DNA of 51,874 bases from a virus (Duplodnaviria; Caudoviricetes). A program made the translations under genes and the position numbers. The notes beneath the pieces are model-generated. The model made no database searches. It was not told the origin of the DNA and saw only the letters and a list, made by a program, of their open reading frames with translations. Positions 8,716-17,679 of the stretch are shown in pieces; position 1 is the first letter of the stretch, and each line of letters starts with the position of its first letter. Location: positions 1-51,874 of the IMG/VR virus record IMGVR_UViG_3300032373_001207, one strand, 5' to 3'.

Positions 8716-8904
8716 CTAAGGTGGATTTGCAATTTGCGGATAAATCAGCGCCGCTAGTACGGCGGTCTCCAAAATCAAGAGAAATATAGCTGCGAATAAT
8801 ATGCTTCCCAAAAGGATGAAAAACCAATGTGGAATACCGTGTTCGGCGCGACGCGGTACGCCTCGCTCACGCACAATTGATCTCACGATGTCATCTCTTG
8901 CCAT
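8716..8904 (-). CDS. Small single-pass membrane protein downstream of the repressor
   Basis: G-rich RBS before MARDDIV; WFFILLGSILFAAIFLLIL. Confidence 0.5.
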   Translation of the reverse strand: MARDDIVRSIVRERGVPRRAEHGIPHWFFILLGSILFAAIFLLILETAVLAALIYPQIANPP

Positions 8905-9151
8905 TTGGCACCCCCCCTGCAAGGCTCCCCCTACCACGGCTGTGGTGTGGTGGAGCCAGTCGTTTTCTGGGTGGGCTAACTTTAGCGGGAAGGCCCATGA
9001 TGAAAGAGGGATGCAACCCTCTAGTAGTCCTTCGCTGCCCTTTTTTCGCGTGGCGGTGGACGTGCAATCATTAGCAGTGGCAAATTGTGACGTCAATAGT
9101 CCAAATGCGTGTATTTGTACTCAGAGGTAAGTAAATCCGGCGAGTCGCTGT

Positions 9152-9619
9152 CTAGCGCTTGGCGAATTTGACTCTGATGATGTTGGAGGCGACGGCCTGA
9201 CCGGCGGCCTCTAGGGCCCTATTTTCCAGGCCATCGTCGTACTTGAGGGCGTAGAGAATGCGAAATTGGTCTTGCAGCGTCTCGGCCCAGTCATTTCTGG
9301 TCATGTTCATATCTTCTTGATCCGTGGCATGATTGACCTCAAGGAAGGCTAAGCGCACCAGATCGGACAAATCGTCCAGGTTGGCAACGTCAGCGGGTGC
9401 CTGGATCACGTCGGTGGTGGATAATCCGGCATGAGATAGAACCTCTTCGGAGCTCACAGCAAGGGCGCGCGCAAGAATAGAAGCTTCATTCAGCTTAATG
9501 GGCTGGTGCCCATTTATAATTTTGCTGACAACGGAGCGCTCCCGGCCCAGCAGTGACCCAAGTTTTTCCTGGGTTACCCCCTGTTCCCGCATCCTGTTTT
9601 TAAACCATTTCGTATCCAT
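9152..9619 (-). CDS. CI-like XRE helix-turn-helix repressor
   Basis: MDTKWFKNRMREQGVTQEKLGSLLGRERSVVSKIING; divergent from cro-like gene. Confidence 0.85.
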   Translation of the reverse strand: MDTKWFKNRMREQGVTQEKLGSLLGRERSVVSKIINGHQPIKLNEASILARALAVSSEEVLSHAGLSTTDVIQAPADVANLDDLSDLVRLAFLEVNHATDQEDMNMTRNDWAETLQDQFRILYALKYDDGLENRALEAAGQAVASNIIRVKFAKR

Positions 9620-9654
9620 GACTTCATTCTGCTCAAAAGGTTAACAAATGGCTC

Positions 9655-9706
9655 GTGCATTGTTTGCACTATTTGTCTTGACGTGACTGTGCAAAATATG
9701 CACATT
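9655..9706 (+). promoter_or_regulatory. Rightward early promoter with two operators (PR/OR-like)
   Basis: TTGACG (9678)-17-CACATT (9701); GTGCA-TTGTT-TGCAC 9655-9669 and GTGCA-AAATA-TGCAC 9689-9703. Confidence 0.8.
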
Positions 9707-9744
9707 TAGAAACAGGGACTCTCTTCCACCTGAGGAAATTATCA

Positions 9745-10020
9745 ATGTCAGACGATCTACCCGTTGATGCACCGCAAACGCCTTACCAGGTCGTTCTCGC
9801 TAAATGTAACGGCAAAAAAAAGCGCTTGGCGGAAATCTTGGGGATCGAAGAATCCGGCGTGCGGAAGATGAACGTCCCCGTGAACAAGGGTGGAACCGGT
9901 GGCGAAATTCGTGACAAACATCAGATCATACTCTTGCGTGACGGCCCTAAATTTGGGGTCACCTTCACGCTTGATGACTTCAAAATGCCCGCCGCTCCTC
10001 ATAAAGGGGACGGCGCATGA
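9745..10020 (+). CDS. Cro-like protein
   Basis: GAGG RBS; KRLAEILGIEESGVRKM HTH; KGGTGGEI motif; position opposite the repressor. Confidence 0.75.
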   Translation: MSDDLPVDAPQTPYQVVLAKCNGKKKRLAEILGIEESGVRKMNVPVNKGGTGGEIRDKHQIILLRDGPKFGVTFTLDDFKMPAAPHKGDGA

Positions 10021-10211
10021 CGGTTCTCTTCGAACTCCCTGATTTGCACGATGACGGTTTGCGCCAGCTTCACGGCTTCGGCGTCCTCGGCATCAATTCC
10101 GGTGCGGCAGAACTCGGCGGCGGCGAACAGCATGTTGGCCAAGTTGATGGTCAGTCGGTTATCCGGGGCAGCGACGTCTGCTTCGCCGAACAGGGGGATG
10201 ACGTTTCCCAT
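9999..10211 (-). CDS. Putative 70-aa antisense gene within the rightward operon
   Basis: GAGGAAAGGA RBS before MGNVIPLF; amphipathic helical sequence. Confidence 0.5.
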   Translation of the reverse strand: MGNVIPLFGEADVAAPDNRLTINLANMLFAAAEFCRTGIDAEDAEAVKLAQTVIVQIREFEENRHAPSPL

Positions 10212-10238
10212 GGTGGGGGGTCCTTTCCTCATGAGTGA
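10017..10238 (+). CDS. Short ORF bridging cro and the CII-like gene
   Basis: ATGA overlap with cro stop, 8-nt overlap with next start; composition atypical. Confidence 0.35.
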   Translation: MTVLFELPDLHDDGLRQLHGFGVLGINSGAAELGGGEQHVGQVDGQSVIRGSDVCFAEQGDDVSHGGGSFPHE

Positions 10239-10740
10239 TTTGAACGAACTTAAAGGCCTCATTGAACGGATCGTCGCGGCGCAGGAAAAGCTGGGTGACG
10301 ACGATGTTGTTTACAGTTTGCCGAACCCCGCCGGACATCCCACAGGGAAACACGGAACCTTTCTTCGCCCTGAGGATATCACCTCTGAAATGATTGGCGC
10401 GCGGGTAAAGACTGCGTTGCAAAAAAGGGTAGGGCGGCGCCGGGAATATGGCGTTGCGGATCTGGCGTCCTACATCCTTGCATCCGAAAAGACGGCCCAG
10501 AAATACATGGACGGAGATACCCCGAGCAGCCTGAATATTTGGCGTTTGATCGCGTTCTTCGGTCCCGAGTTTGCTTCGGAGCTTCTGGCCCCCCTGGGTA
10601 TGGCCGTGGTGGAAAGCGATAGCGCCCATGCCTCTCAGTGCCTGTCCATCGAAGGTCTGATGACCATGCTCCCCCAACTTCGCAATCTGGCGGAAACGCT
10701 GGAAAGCACCCTCCAGGATGAGGGTGATAATCATGAATAA
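10231..10740 (+). CDS. CII-like HTH regulator
   Basis: Start at MSDLNE; VADLASYILASEKTAQKYMDG HTH; position after cro. Confidence 0.6.
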   Translation: MSDLNELKGLIERIVAAQEKLGDDDVVYSLPNPAGHPTGKHGTFLRPEDITSEMIGARVKTALQKRVGRRREYGVADLASYILASEKTAQKYMDGDTPSSLNIWRLIAFFGPEFASELLAPLGMAVVESDSAHASQCLSIEGLMTMLPQLRNLAETLESTLQDEGDNHE

Positions 10741-10761
10741 AACGAAAAAGGAGCCCCCATC

Positions 10762-11061
10762 ATGTCTGGCGAAAACGACACCATCACCCAAGTTCGCAAT
10801 GCCTACAGCCTGCGCTCATTCGTCGAGCGCATCGAGCGCTTAGAAGAAGAAAAAGCCGCCCTGGCCGCAGACATCCGCGAAGTCTATTCCGAGGCCAAAG
10901 GCACGGGCTTTGACGTCAAAATCATCCGTCAGATCATCCGCCTGCGCAAAATGGACGTATCCGACCGTCAAGAACAAGAAGACATGCTCGACGTCTATAA
11001 GCGCGCCCTAGGCATGGATGGAACGCCTCTTGATGACTATGCGAATAAGGCGGCGGAATAG
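10762..11061 (+). CDS. gapR: GapR-like nucleoid protein (DUF2312/UPF0335)
   Basis: LRSFVERIERLEEEKAALAADIREVYSEAKGTGFDVKIIRQIIRLRKMD. Confidence 0.92.
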   Translation: MSGENDTITQVRNAYSLRSFVERIERLEEEKAALAADIREVYSEAKGTGFDVKIIRQIIRLRKMDVSDRQEQEDMLDVYKRALGMDGTPLDDYANKAAE

Positions 11062-11063
11062 CC

Positions 11064-11384
11064 ATGGTCCGTAAATCAAAATATGCAGCCATTCCGACCG
11101 TCGTGGACGGTATCCGCTTCGCCTCCAAACGTGAGGCGAGGCGGTACGGGGAACTGCGTCTTTTGGAGCGCGCAGGAGAGATTGCAAGCCTTGAATTGCA
11201 GCCAACTTTTCCCTGCGTAGTGAGCGGCGCGAAGGTTTGCACCTATATCGCCGATTTTGCTTATACGAGCGAAGCAGGAAAACGCGTCGTTGAGGACGTA
11301 AAAGGCGTCAAAACGCCCGTCTATCGCCTTAAGAAGAAACTGGTCGAAGCGATCTATCAAAACGTCACGATTGTGGAGGTGTGA
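11064..11384 (+). CDS. DUF1064 family PD-(D/E)XK-like protein
   Basis: SKY...VDGIRFASKREARRY; YIADFAY; VVEDVKG...YRLKKKL. Confidence 0.88.
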   Translation: MVRKSKYAAIPTVVDGIRFASKREARRYGELRLLERAGEIASLELQPTFPCVVSGAKVCTYIADFAYTSEAGKRVVEDVKGVKTPVYRLKKKLVEAIYQNVTIVEV

Positions 11385-11385
11385 G

Positions 11386-11790
11386 ATGGAAAACAACCCG
11401 CGTAAATCCATGCACCAAGCGCGCAAGAAGCGGATTTTCGATGCGCACGACGGCCTGTGCTGGCGTTGTGGCCTGCCGTTCGAGGACGGCGAAAAGATCG
11501 AGTACGATCATAAGGTAGCGCTTTGCCGTGGTGGATCTGATGAGGACGAGAATATCGGTCCTATGCACGTCCTTTGCCACAAGCTGAAGACGAACGGCAC
11601 AAAAGCGCTGCGTCTTGGCGCCGATAAGTTTGAGGCCGCCAAAACCAAGCGGATCAAAAAGAAAAGCGCTGCGCCTCTTGGCTCAAAGCACAATTGGCCG
11701 TCGCGCCCCCTGAATTCACGTTCCACGTTTGGTAACCCGGGCCTGAAAAAGAAGCTGACAGGCGAAGTCGTACGGAGGGACACGTCATGA
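11386..11790 (+). CDS. HNH endonuclease
   Basis: CWRCG...EYDHKVALCRGGSDEDENIGPMHVLCHKLKT. Confidence 0.88.
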   Translation: MENNPRKSMHQARKKRIFDAHDGLCWRCGLPFEDGEKIEYDHKVALCRGGSDEDENIGPMHVLCHKLKTNGTKALRLGADKFEAAKTKRIKKKSAAPLGSKHNWPSRPLNSRSTFGNPGLKKKLTGEVVRRDTS

Positions 11791-12053
11791 CCATAGAAGG
11801 CCTGCTGCTGATCACCCTAATCCTGTGCGTGTTGCTGTTGGCGGTACACGTTAACGAGAAGCTGAAGGCGCAAGCGCGTGAGATGACCACGTTGCGCAAC
11901 AGCAATTTAATGGACAGGTCAGAGCTTCGTGCAATCGTAAACACCCACGCGCGTGACGTGGAGAAAACCTACGCCACCATTGATGACCTGCAAGACGCGG
12001 AAGGCCGCCTTACCGATCACTTGGCACGCATTGAAATGGGGCAGCCGTCATGA
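11787..12053 (+). CDS. Membrane-anchored hypothetical protein
   Basis: N-terminal hydrophobic helix then coiled coil; ATGA coupling. Confidence 0.7.
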   Translation: MTIEGLLLITLILCVLLLAVHVNEKLKAQAREMTTLRNSNLMDRSELRAIVNTHARDVEKTYATIDDLQDAEGRLTDHLARIEMGQPS

Positions 12054-12451
12054 CTGAAAAACGCACCTTCATAATTGGCGGAACGGAACGGGAGCGTCGT
12101 CAGGCTCATGTCCAGGTTGAAGCCTATAAATCAACCTTGGACAAGTCGAAGAAGTACCGCCTGACCATTGAACCGTATCGGCGCAAGCGGACCACAAGCC
12201 AGAACAGCCTGTACTGGTCCTGGATGACCTTGATTGCCGATGAGACCGGCAACGATAAGGACGATATCCACGAATTTTTGCTGAACAAGTTTTGCCCCAC
12301 CAAGGTGGTGATGGTTGGTGGTGAAGAGCAGGAAATCACATCTACCAAGTACCTCGACACCAAACAAATGAGCGCCTACATGGACCGGATACCGCCATGG
12401 GCTGGCGAATTCAATATTTCCCTTCCACTTCCTGAAAACCAGGAGGCGTAG
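12050..12451 (+). CDS. NinB/YbcN-like recombination protein
   Basis: KRTTSQNSLYW; STKYLDTKQMSAYMDRI. Confidence 0.8.
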   Translation: MTEKRTFIIGGTERERRQAHVQVEAYKSTLDKSKKYRLTIEPYRRKRTTSQNSLYWSWMTLIADETGNDKDDIHEFLLNKFCPTKVVMVGGEEQEITSTKYLDTKQMSAYMDRIPPWAGEFNISLPLPENQEA

Positions 12452-12455
12452 GGGG

Positions 12456-13760
12456 ATGAGTGTGCGCATCGAGCACGGGGATTGCCTTGAGGTCATGCAG
12501 CGCCTTATCGACGATGGCGTCCAGGTGGACTCTTGTGTCGTTGACCCGCCCTATCATCTATCCAGCATCGTGAAGCGTTTTGGAGCAAAGGATGCCGCAC
12601 CGGCCAAAGTGGGGGCCACTGGCGCTTATGCACGGGCGTCGGCAGGCTTCATGGGGCAGGAATGGGACGGTGGTGACATCGCGTTTTGCGCTGAGACATG
12701 GGCATTGGTGTTGCAACTTCTTAAACCTGGCGGGCATTTGGTGGCATTTTCAGGTACACGGACATACCACCGCATGGCCGTCGCCATCGAGGACGCAGGT
12801 TTTGAAATACGTGACCAGCTTGGCTGGCTATACGGCACCGGCTTCCCCAAGTCGCACAATGTTGGCAAGGCTATAGATAGGACGGTTGGGGTAACCGGGG
12901 AAGCTATTCAGACCGGTGATGCCGTGCGGCGCATGAGACCTGGGGCAGACCAGGAAAAAGACGAAACATGGGAAAAGCTGGATAATGGCCGGGTCCATGT
13001 GCCCCACGAGTACGCGCCAGCATCCCCCGAAGCCCAACGATGGTCTGGGTGGGGGACGGCACTGAAACCAGCGTGGGAACCCGTCGTTCTTGCGCGTAAA
13101 CCACTGGTAGGCACCGTAGCCGAGAATATTTTGAAACACGGCACGGGAGCAATTAACGTCGACGGGTGCAGAGTGGCGTCTGACGAAGGTGCTCACCGAG
13201 AGAACGAAACCTCACAAAATCGACGCTACGTTCAAAGTGGCTCAACCAACTTTGCGGCGGCTCCTGGCCCGCGCGGAGGTTCGCCAAAAGGCCGCTTCCC
13301 CGCCAACGTCATCCATGACGGTTCAGATGAGGTATTAGCAGAATTTCCAGCAAATAGCAGTGTTACGGGAAAGCGCTCGACCATCAGTCGCAACGCTCCG
13401 GTTTCTGGGACTGCATGGTTGCCGGACAATCATGCGTCGTGTGAATACCCCGGTGAAGGTGGGTCGCCATCACGGTTTTTCTATTCCGCTAAGGCCGACA
13501 AACAAGACCGGTGTGGTTCCAAGCATCCAACCGTAAAGCCCATCGACTTGATGGCGTATCTGTGTCGTCTGGTGACGCCCCCTGGGGGCACTGTGCTCGA
13601 TCCGTTTGCTGGGTCCGGCACCACTGGCATGGCGTGTCTACGAGAGAGCTTCGATGCCATTTTAATTGAAAAACAAGCCGAGTACGTCGCCGATATACAC
13701 CGTCGCCTGGAGCATGTGTCAGGTGCGGATACGCCGCTATTTAAGGATGCAGCCCAATGA
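12456..13760 (+). CDS. Orphan N6-adenine/N4-cytosine DNA methyltransferase (beta arrangement)
   Basis: DPPY near N-terminus; HPTVKP and VLDPFAGSGTTG near C-terminus. Confidence 0.93.
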   Translation: MSVRIEHGDCLEVMQRLIDDGVQVDSCVVDPPYHLSSIVKRFGAKDAAPAKVGATGAYARASAGFMGQEWDGGDIAFCAETWALVLQLLKPGGHLVAFSGTRTYHRMAVAIEDAGFEIRDQLGWLYGTGFPKSHNVGKAIDRTVGVTGEAIQTGDAVRRMRPGADQEKDETWEKLDNGRVHVPHEYAPASPEAQRWSGWGTALKPAWEPVVLARKPLVGTVAENILKHGTGAINVDGCRVASDEGAHRENETSQNRRYVQSGSTNFAAAPGPRGGSPKGRFPANVIHDGSDEVLAEFPANSSVTGKRSTISRNAPVSGTAWLPDNHASCEYPGEGGSPSRFFYSAKADKQDRCGSKHPTVKPIDLMAYLCRLVTPPGGTVLDPFAGSGTTGMACLRESFDAILIEKQAEYVADIHRRLEHVSGADTPLFKDAAQ

Positions 13761-14125
13761 CAGACGCCGTAGACGCCTCCACCCTCCATGCTCAGAAGCA
13801 TTTGTTCTCCATGATGGCGCGGGGCATTGATGGGGATTCCATCTGTGCGGATATGGAGCCGCTGGGCTGGCCCTGCCAGCGGGTGCTGGATACCGTCCAT
13901 GCGATGCTGGAAGGGGTCATGATCGGTCCCTGCATGACGCCCACCCAGCGCGCGCTGATCATCCTGTTCGGTCGAGCACAAGAGGACAGCACCACCCCTG
14001 GTGGATTTCGTCTGGGGGGCAGGCCTGCCTCGGCCATTGACGTCATCCGCGCGGCCAACGTGGTGCTGACCAATTTCTCCATGCCGTTGATTGATTACCC
14101 TGGGCTGGAAAGGGTATCGGCATGA
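13757..14125 (+). CDS. Hypothetical protein
   Basis: ATGA-coupled on both sides. Confidence 0.7.
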   Translation: MTDAVDASTLHAQKHLFSMMARGIDGDSICADMEPLGWPCQRVLDTVHAMLEGVMIGPCMTPTQRALIILFGRAQEDSTTPGGFRLGGRPASAIDVIRAANVVLTNFSMPLIDYPGLERVSA

Positions 14126-15678
14126 ACGACCAGCCATATGACTCCGATGTTATTAGTGAAGACGAGGCCATGGACAGGGGCGAGGGCGGCAACGTCATCA
14201 CCGCACCTGCATTCCAGGAACTCCCCAACAACATCGAAGCCGAGCAAGCCTTGTTGGGTGCTATTTTCAGCAACAACCGCGCCATGGAAGACGCTGGAGA
14301 GTTTTTAAGACCTGAGCATTTTGCCGTATCCGAGCATGGGACGGTCTATGCCGCCCTTCAAAGCCTGATCGGGGAAGGGCGTACTGTTAGCCCTGTGTCG
14401 CTGATTGGCCTTTTTGAGAGTGATGAGGCGTTGGTGGCCTTGGGCGGTAAGGCCTACCTAAACCAGTTGGCGATCAGCGCCGTCACCATCATCAATGCCC
14501 CAGAATACGCCCGGATTATTTATGAACTGCACATGCGGCGCGAGCTGATCCACGTTGGGCGCGGCATTGCGGAGCGAGCATTCAACCAAGATATGGATGA
14601 CCCGGCCCCGCTTCAGGTGGAAGCTGCGGAGCGGCAACTGTCGGAGCTGGTTGGAGATAGCGCGGGACGCCAGGGCGCAACGCGGGAAGAGTCCGTAAAT
14701 GCCGCCCTGAGCATGATGGAGCGCCGCTTCAACGACCCGGATGCGATAATAGGGCCGACCACGGGGCTTGAGGCTGTTGATCGCATTTTGCTTGGTCTGG
14801 AGCCTACTGATTTGCTCGTTCTTGCGGGAGCAACGTCAATGGGGAAAACAAGCCTTGCAACTGCTATCGCCGATTTCAACGCTGAACTGCACCATAAAAC
14901 GAACGGTGCGTCAGGCGTTTCGGTGGGGTTTTTCTCTAAGGAAATGAGCACCGAGCAACTTTACCAACGCATAGCCAGCAGCAAAACAAGTGTCCCCCTG
15001 AAACAAATCAGAACGGGTAGATATCACGAGGGCAAAGGCGCGTTTGAAAAGGTATCCATGGCCTTGCAACGCTATAAGAATATTCCCCTTCTGATCGACG
15101 ACACGGGTGGTCTTACGGCCAGAGGTATATGGGCAAGGGCGCGCCGCATGAAGCGCCAGCACGGGGTCGGCCTAATTGTCATAGATCAGCTTTCCCACAT
15201 CGTGCCAGAGAACGATAAAGACAGGCCAGTACACGCCCTCGGAAAGATCACCAAAACAATAAAAGCGATGGCGAAGGATTTGGAAGTCCCCGTCATCCTG
15301 CTTCATCAGCTATCGCGCGCGATGATGACCAGAGATGACCCGAGACCAGTATTATCGGATCTGCGTGACAGCGGCGAGATTGAGCAAGACGCAGATATCG
15401 TCGCGTTTGTTCACCGCGAGGAATATTACCTCGAACGCAAGGGTGACCCAGTCCAGCGCGAAAACGAAAACCAAGAAAAGTTTTTGCTAAGGATGGAAAT
15501 CCACCAAAAACGTATGGCGGCGGTGAAAGGCAAGGCTGAAGTCATCGTCGCCAAATATAGGAATGGCGCAGTTGGCAAGGCCACCGTTTCATTCCAAGGC
15601 GGATATGCACGCTTTGCAAATTTGTCCACCTTCGAAGATAGCCACCCCTCTCACCCCCAAGAGGACATACCACTATGA
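14122..15678 (+). CDS. dnaB: Replicative DNA helicase
   Basis: PNNIEAEQALLGA; AGATSMGKTS; LIVIDQL; QLSR; SDLRDSGEIEQDAD. Confidence 0.95.
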   Translation: MNDQPYDSDVISEDEAMDRGEGGNVITAPAFQELPNNIEAEQALLGAIFSNNRAMEDAGEFLRPEHFAVSEHGTVYAALQSLIGEGRTVSPVSLIGLFESDEALVALGGKAYLNQLAISAVTIINAPEYARIIYELHMRRELIHVGRGIAERAFNQDMDDPAPLQVEAAERQLSELVGDSAGRQGATREESVNAALSMMERRFNDPDAIIGPTTGLEAVDRILLGLEPTDLLVLAGATSMGKTSLATAIADFNAELHHKTNGASGVSVGFFSKEMSTEQLYQRIASSKTSVPLKQIRTGRYHEGKGAFEKVSMALQRYKNIPLLIDDTGGLTARGIWARARRMKRQHGVGLIVIDQLSHIVPENDKDRPVHALGKITKTIKAMAKDLEVPVILLHQLSRAMMTRDDPRPVLSDLRDSGEIEQDADIVAFVHREEYYLERKGDPVQRENENQEKFLLRMEIHQKRMAAVKGKAEVIVAKYRNGAVGKATVSFQGGYARFANLSTFEDSHPSHPQEDIPL

Positions 15679-16868
15679 GAGAATATGGAAAAATTGAAGT
15701 TCCGTTCTGGAGCTGGGCACGGCGCAAGGGCTTGAGTGATCAAGCTAAATTGCTGGCCACCTATCTGTTGAGCGGGCCGCACAGCAATTCTGTGGGCTGT
15801 TACGAGTTGCCGACCGATTATGTCGTAGCGGACTTAAAATGGACGTTGGAAACAGTATCACAAACCCTTTCGGAACTGTCTCGATACCATTTCGCATACC
15901 ATTGCGAAGCCACTGATTATGTGTTTATCCGGGACCACCTCCACCACAACGGAGCGGCAAATCCAAAGGTCGCTAAGAGCATGTCCAAAATCATAGCGGA
16001 CATACCCAAGGAATTTGCCTTTTGGCCAGAGTTTGCAACGGCTTTGAAACAGTATGGCAAACACTTCGAAGACAGTTTTATAGACGGTATCATAAACCGT
16101 ATATCAAACGGTATAGCAAACCAGGAGCAGGAACACGAGCAGGAGCAGGAACACGAGCACCACCACGATCAGGGGCCGGATGGTGGTGGTGGTTCTGGGG
16201 AAGGGGTTGATCAGCCCTTTTTGCCAGACCCTGTTCCACCGACAGCCGGGAAGACCGCCGCCGAACTGTGTGATATCCCGCCCCGTCTGCAGCGAAAGGA
16301 TTCTGGCCCTGGAGATGACCCAGGCCCAGAAGAACCGCTGCGCAAGCGACCGCGGCTGGAGGACCAGGCCGATCATGCGGCCCCACTGCCGGAAAGCCCT
16401 GGAAAACCCGTCTGCGAGGCCTACATGGCCGTGGTTGCCGAGGTTTACGACGGAGAGAGCCTGCTGACCCATGCCGGAGCGGGCGGGCCGATGATTGCGG
16501 CGCGATGGCTGGAGGCTGGTGCCGATATGGCGTTGATCCGTGACGTGTTCGAAACCATCCTACGAGACCGCAATGCCAAGGGTAAACAGCCACCAAGCAC
16601 CCTGACCTATTTCGATCAGCCCATAGCGCGCGCCATTAAGCAGGCCGCAGCCCCCATGCCGGAAGCTAACTCGGGCTGGGGGGGCAAGACCGAGCCATCT
16701 GGCGTGCACCCAGATGCTGACCGGAATATGTGGATTGGTCGAATGAAGGGGTTTTTCAACGACGCTTTTTGGATCGACAGCTACGGCCCCACCCCAGACG
16801 AGCCTGACTGCGATTGTCCGGCGGACGTGCTGGCCATGTTTCCAGCCCCAAAAGGAGAAAACTCATGA
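15675..16868 (+). CDS. Putative replication initiator/replisome organiser
   Basis: AKLLATYLLSGPHSNSVGCYELP N-terminus; EQEQEH linker; internal iteron-like repeats; next to dnaB. Confidence 0.7.
   Translation: MREYGKIEVPFWSWARRKGLSDQAKLLATYLLSGPHSNSVGCYELPTDYVVADLKWTLETVSQTLSELSRYHFAYHCEATDYVFIRDHLHHNGAANPKVAKSMSKIIADIPKEFAFWPEFATALKQYGKHFEDSFIDGIINRISNGIANQEQEHEQEQEHEHHHDQGPDGGGGSGEGVDQPFLPDPVPPTAGKTAAELCDIPPRLQRKDSGPGDDPGPEEPLRKRPRLEDQADHAAPLPESPGKPVCEAYMAVVAEVYDGESLLTHAGAGGPMIAARWLEAGADMALIRDVFETILRDRNAKGKQPPSTLTYFDQPIARAIKQAAAPMPEANSGWGGKTEPSGVHPDADRNMWIGRMKGFFNDAFWIDSYGPTPDEPDCDCPADVLAMFPAPKGENS
16048..16157 (+). repeat. Iteron-like 12-bp repeats plus 18-bp tandem repeat; candidate origin
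   Basis: AACAGTATGGCA, then GACAGTTTTATA GACGGTATCATA AACCGTATATCA AACGGTATAGCA; CAGGAGCAGGAACACGAG twice. Confidence 0.55.
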
Positions 16869-17329
16869 ACATGATCACCCCAAAGACCTGGACGCCAGAG
16901 CGGAAAGCCGAGGTTGTGCGCCTATACCAGGACCTGTCGCGGAACGAACTGGCAGCGCGTATGGGCGTGACCAAGGGTGCCTTAAGCGGGTTGATAAACC
17001 GCATGGGGCTGACCCGGTCGGATTGCAACCCGATCCAGAGCAACCCGGAAAAGGCCAAGAAAGCCCGAGCGAAGAACGCGGCCCGGCGCGAACTGCAAAC
17101 CGTGGGCAAGCGAGGACAAAATATTACCCCCGCTAACGATCAGCCAAAGGTGGAAAACGGGTGCCGGTTCATCGCAGGGGATGTGAGGGGACGGCCCGAG
17201 GGTGTGGAAATCGACGATCTGTACTGCAACGCGCCGCGCCAGAAGGATTCCAGCTACTGCGCCGAACATCACGCGCTTTGCACGACGATTGTGCCTAAGC
17301 GTAAACGTCGGGGGCAAGCCGATGGATAA
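16865..17329 (+). CDS. gcrA: GcrA-like regulator
   Basis: WTPERKAEVVRLY...AARMGVTKGALSGLINRMGL; CRFIAGD...YCNAP...SYCAEH. Confidence 0.85.
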   Translation: MNMITPKTWTPERKAEVVRLYQDLSRNELAARMGVTKGALSGLINRMGLTRSDCNPIQSNPEKAKKARAKNAARRELQTVGKRGQNITPANDQPKVENGCRFIAGDVRGRPEGVEIDDLYCNAPRQKDSSYCAEHHALCTTIVPKRKRRGQADG

Positions 17330-17669
17330 ACAGGCGAAATGCCCGTGCTGCGGCCAAGGGATCACCGTACCCATGCCGTTTTGGTTGGATGAGGACGGCT
17401 GCATCGTCCATATGCACGATGAAAAAATAGCCCTGACAAAGACCGAGGCAAGGTTTATGGCGGCAATGCAGCGCACCCACCCCAGAACATCAACCACCAA
17501 CTCCTTGGTGGAATACATCTACAGAGATGATCCGGACGGTGGCCCCCTGGACGCCAACAAAGTTGTGAAGCAGTACGCCCGTCGAGTTCGTAACAAACTC
17601 AAACATACCGCCGTGAACATCGAAACCGTGTGGAGCGTCGGGTATCGCTTTACCAAAAGGGAATTGTAG
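17322..17669 (+). CDS. OmpR/CtrA-like winged-helix protein lacking a receiver domain
   Basis: LTKTEARFM...RVRNKL...IETVWSVGYRF; N-terminal CPCCG. Confidence 0.8.
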   Translation: MDKQAKCPCCGQGITVPMPFWLDEDGCIVHMHDEKIALTKTEARFMAAMQRTHPRTSTTNSLVEYIYRDDPDGGPLDANKVVKQYARRVRNKLKHTAVNIETVWSVGYRFTKREL

Positions 17670-17679
17670 GGAGAAGAGC

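Noticed and set aside
11386-13760. HNH plus methyltransferase as a restriction-modification system
   Set aside because: Both resemble ordinary nin-region phage genes and are not adjacent
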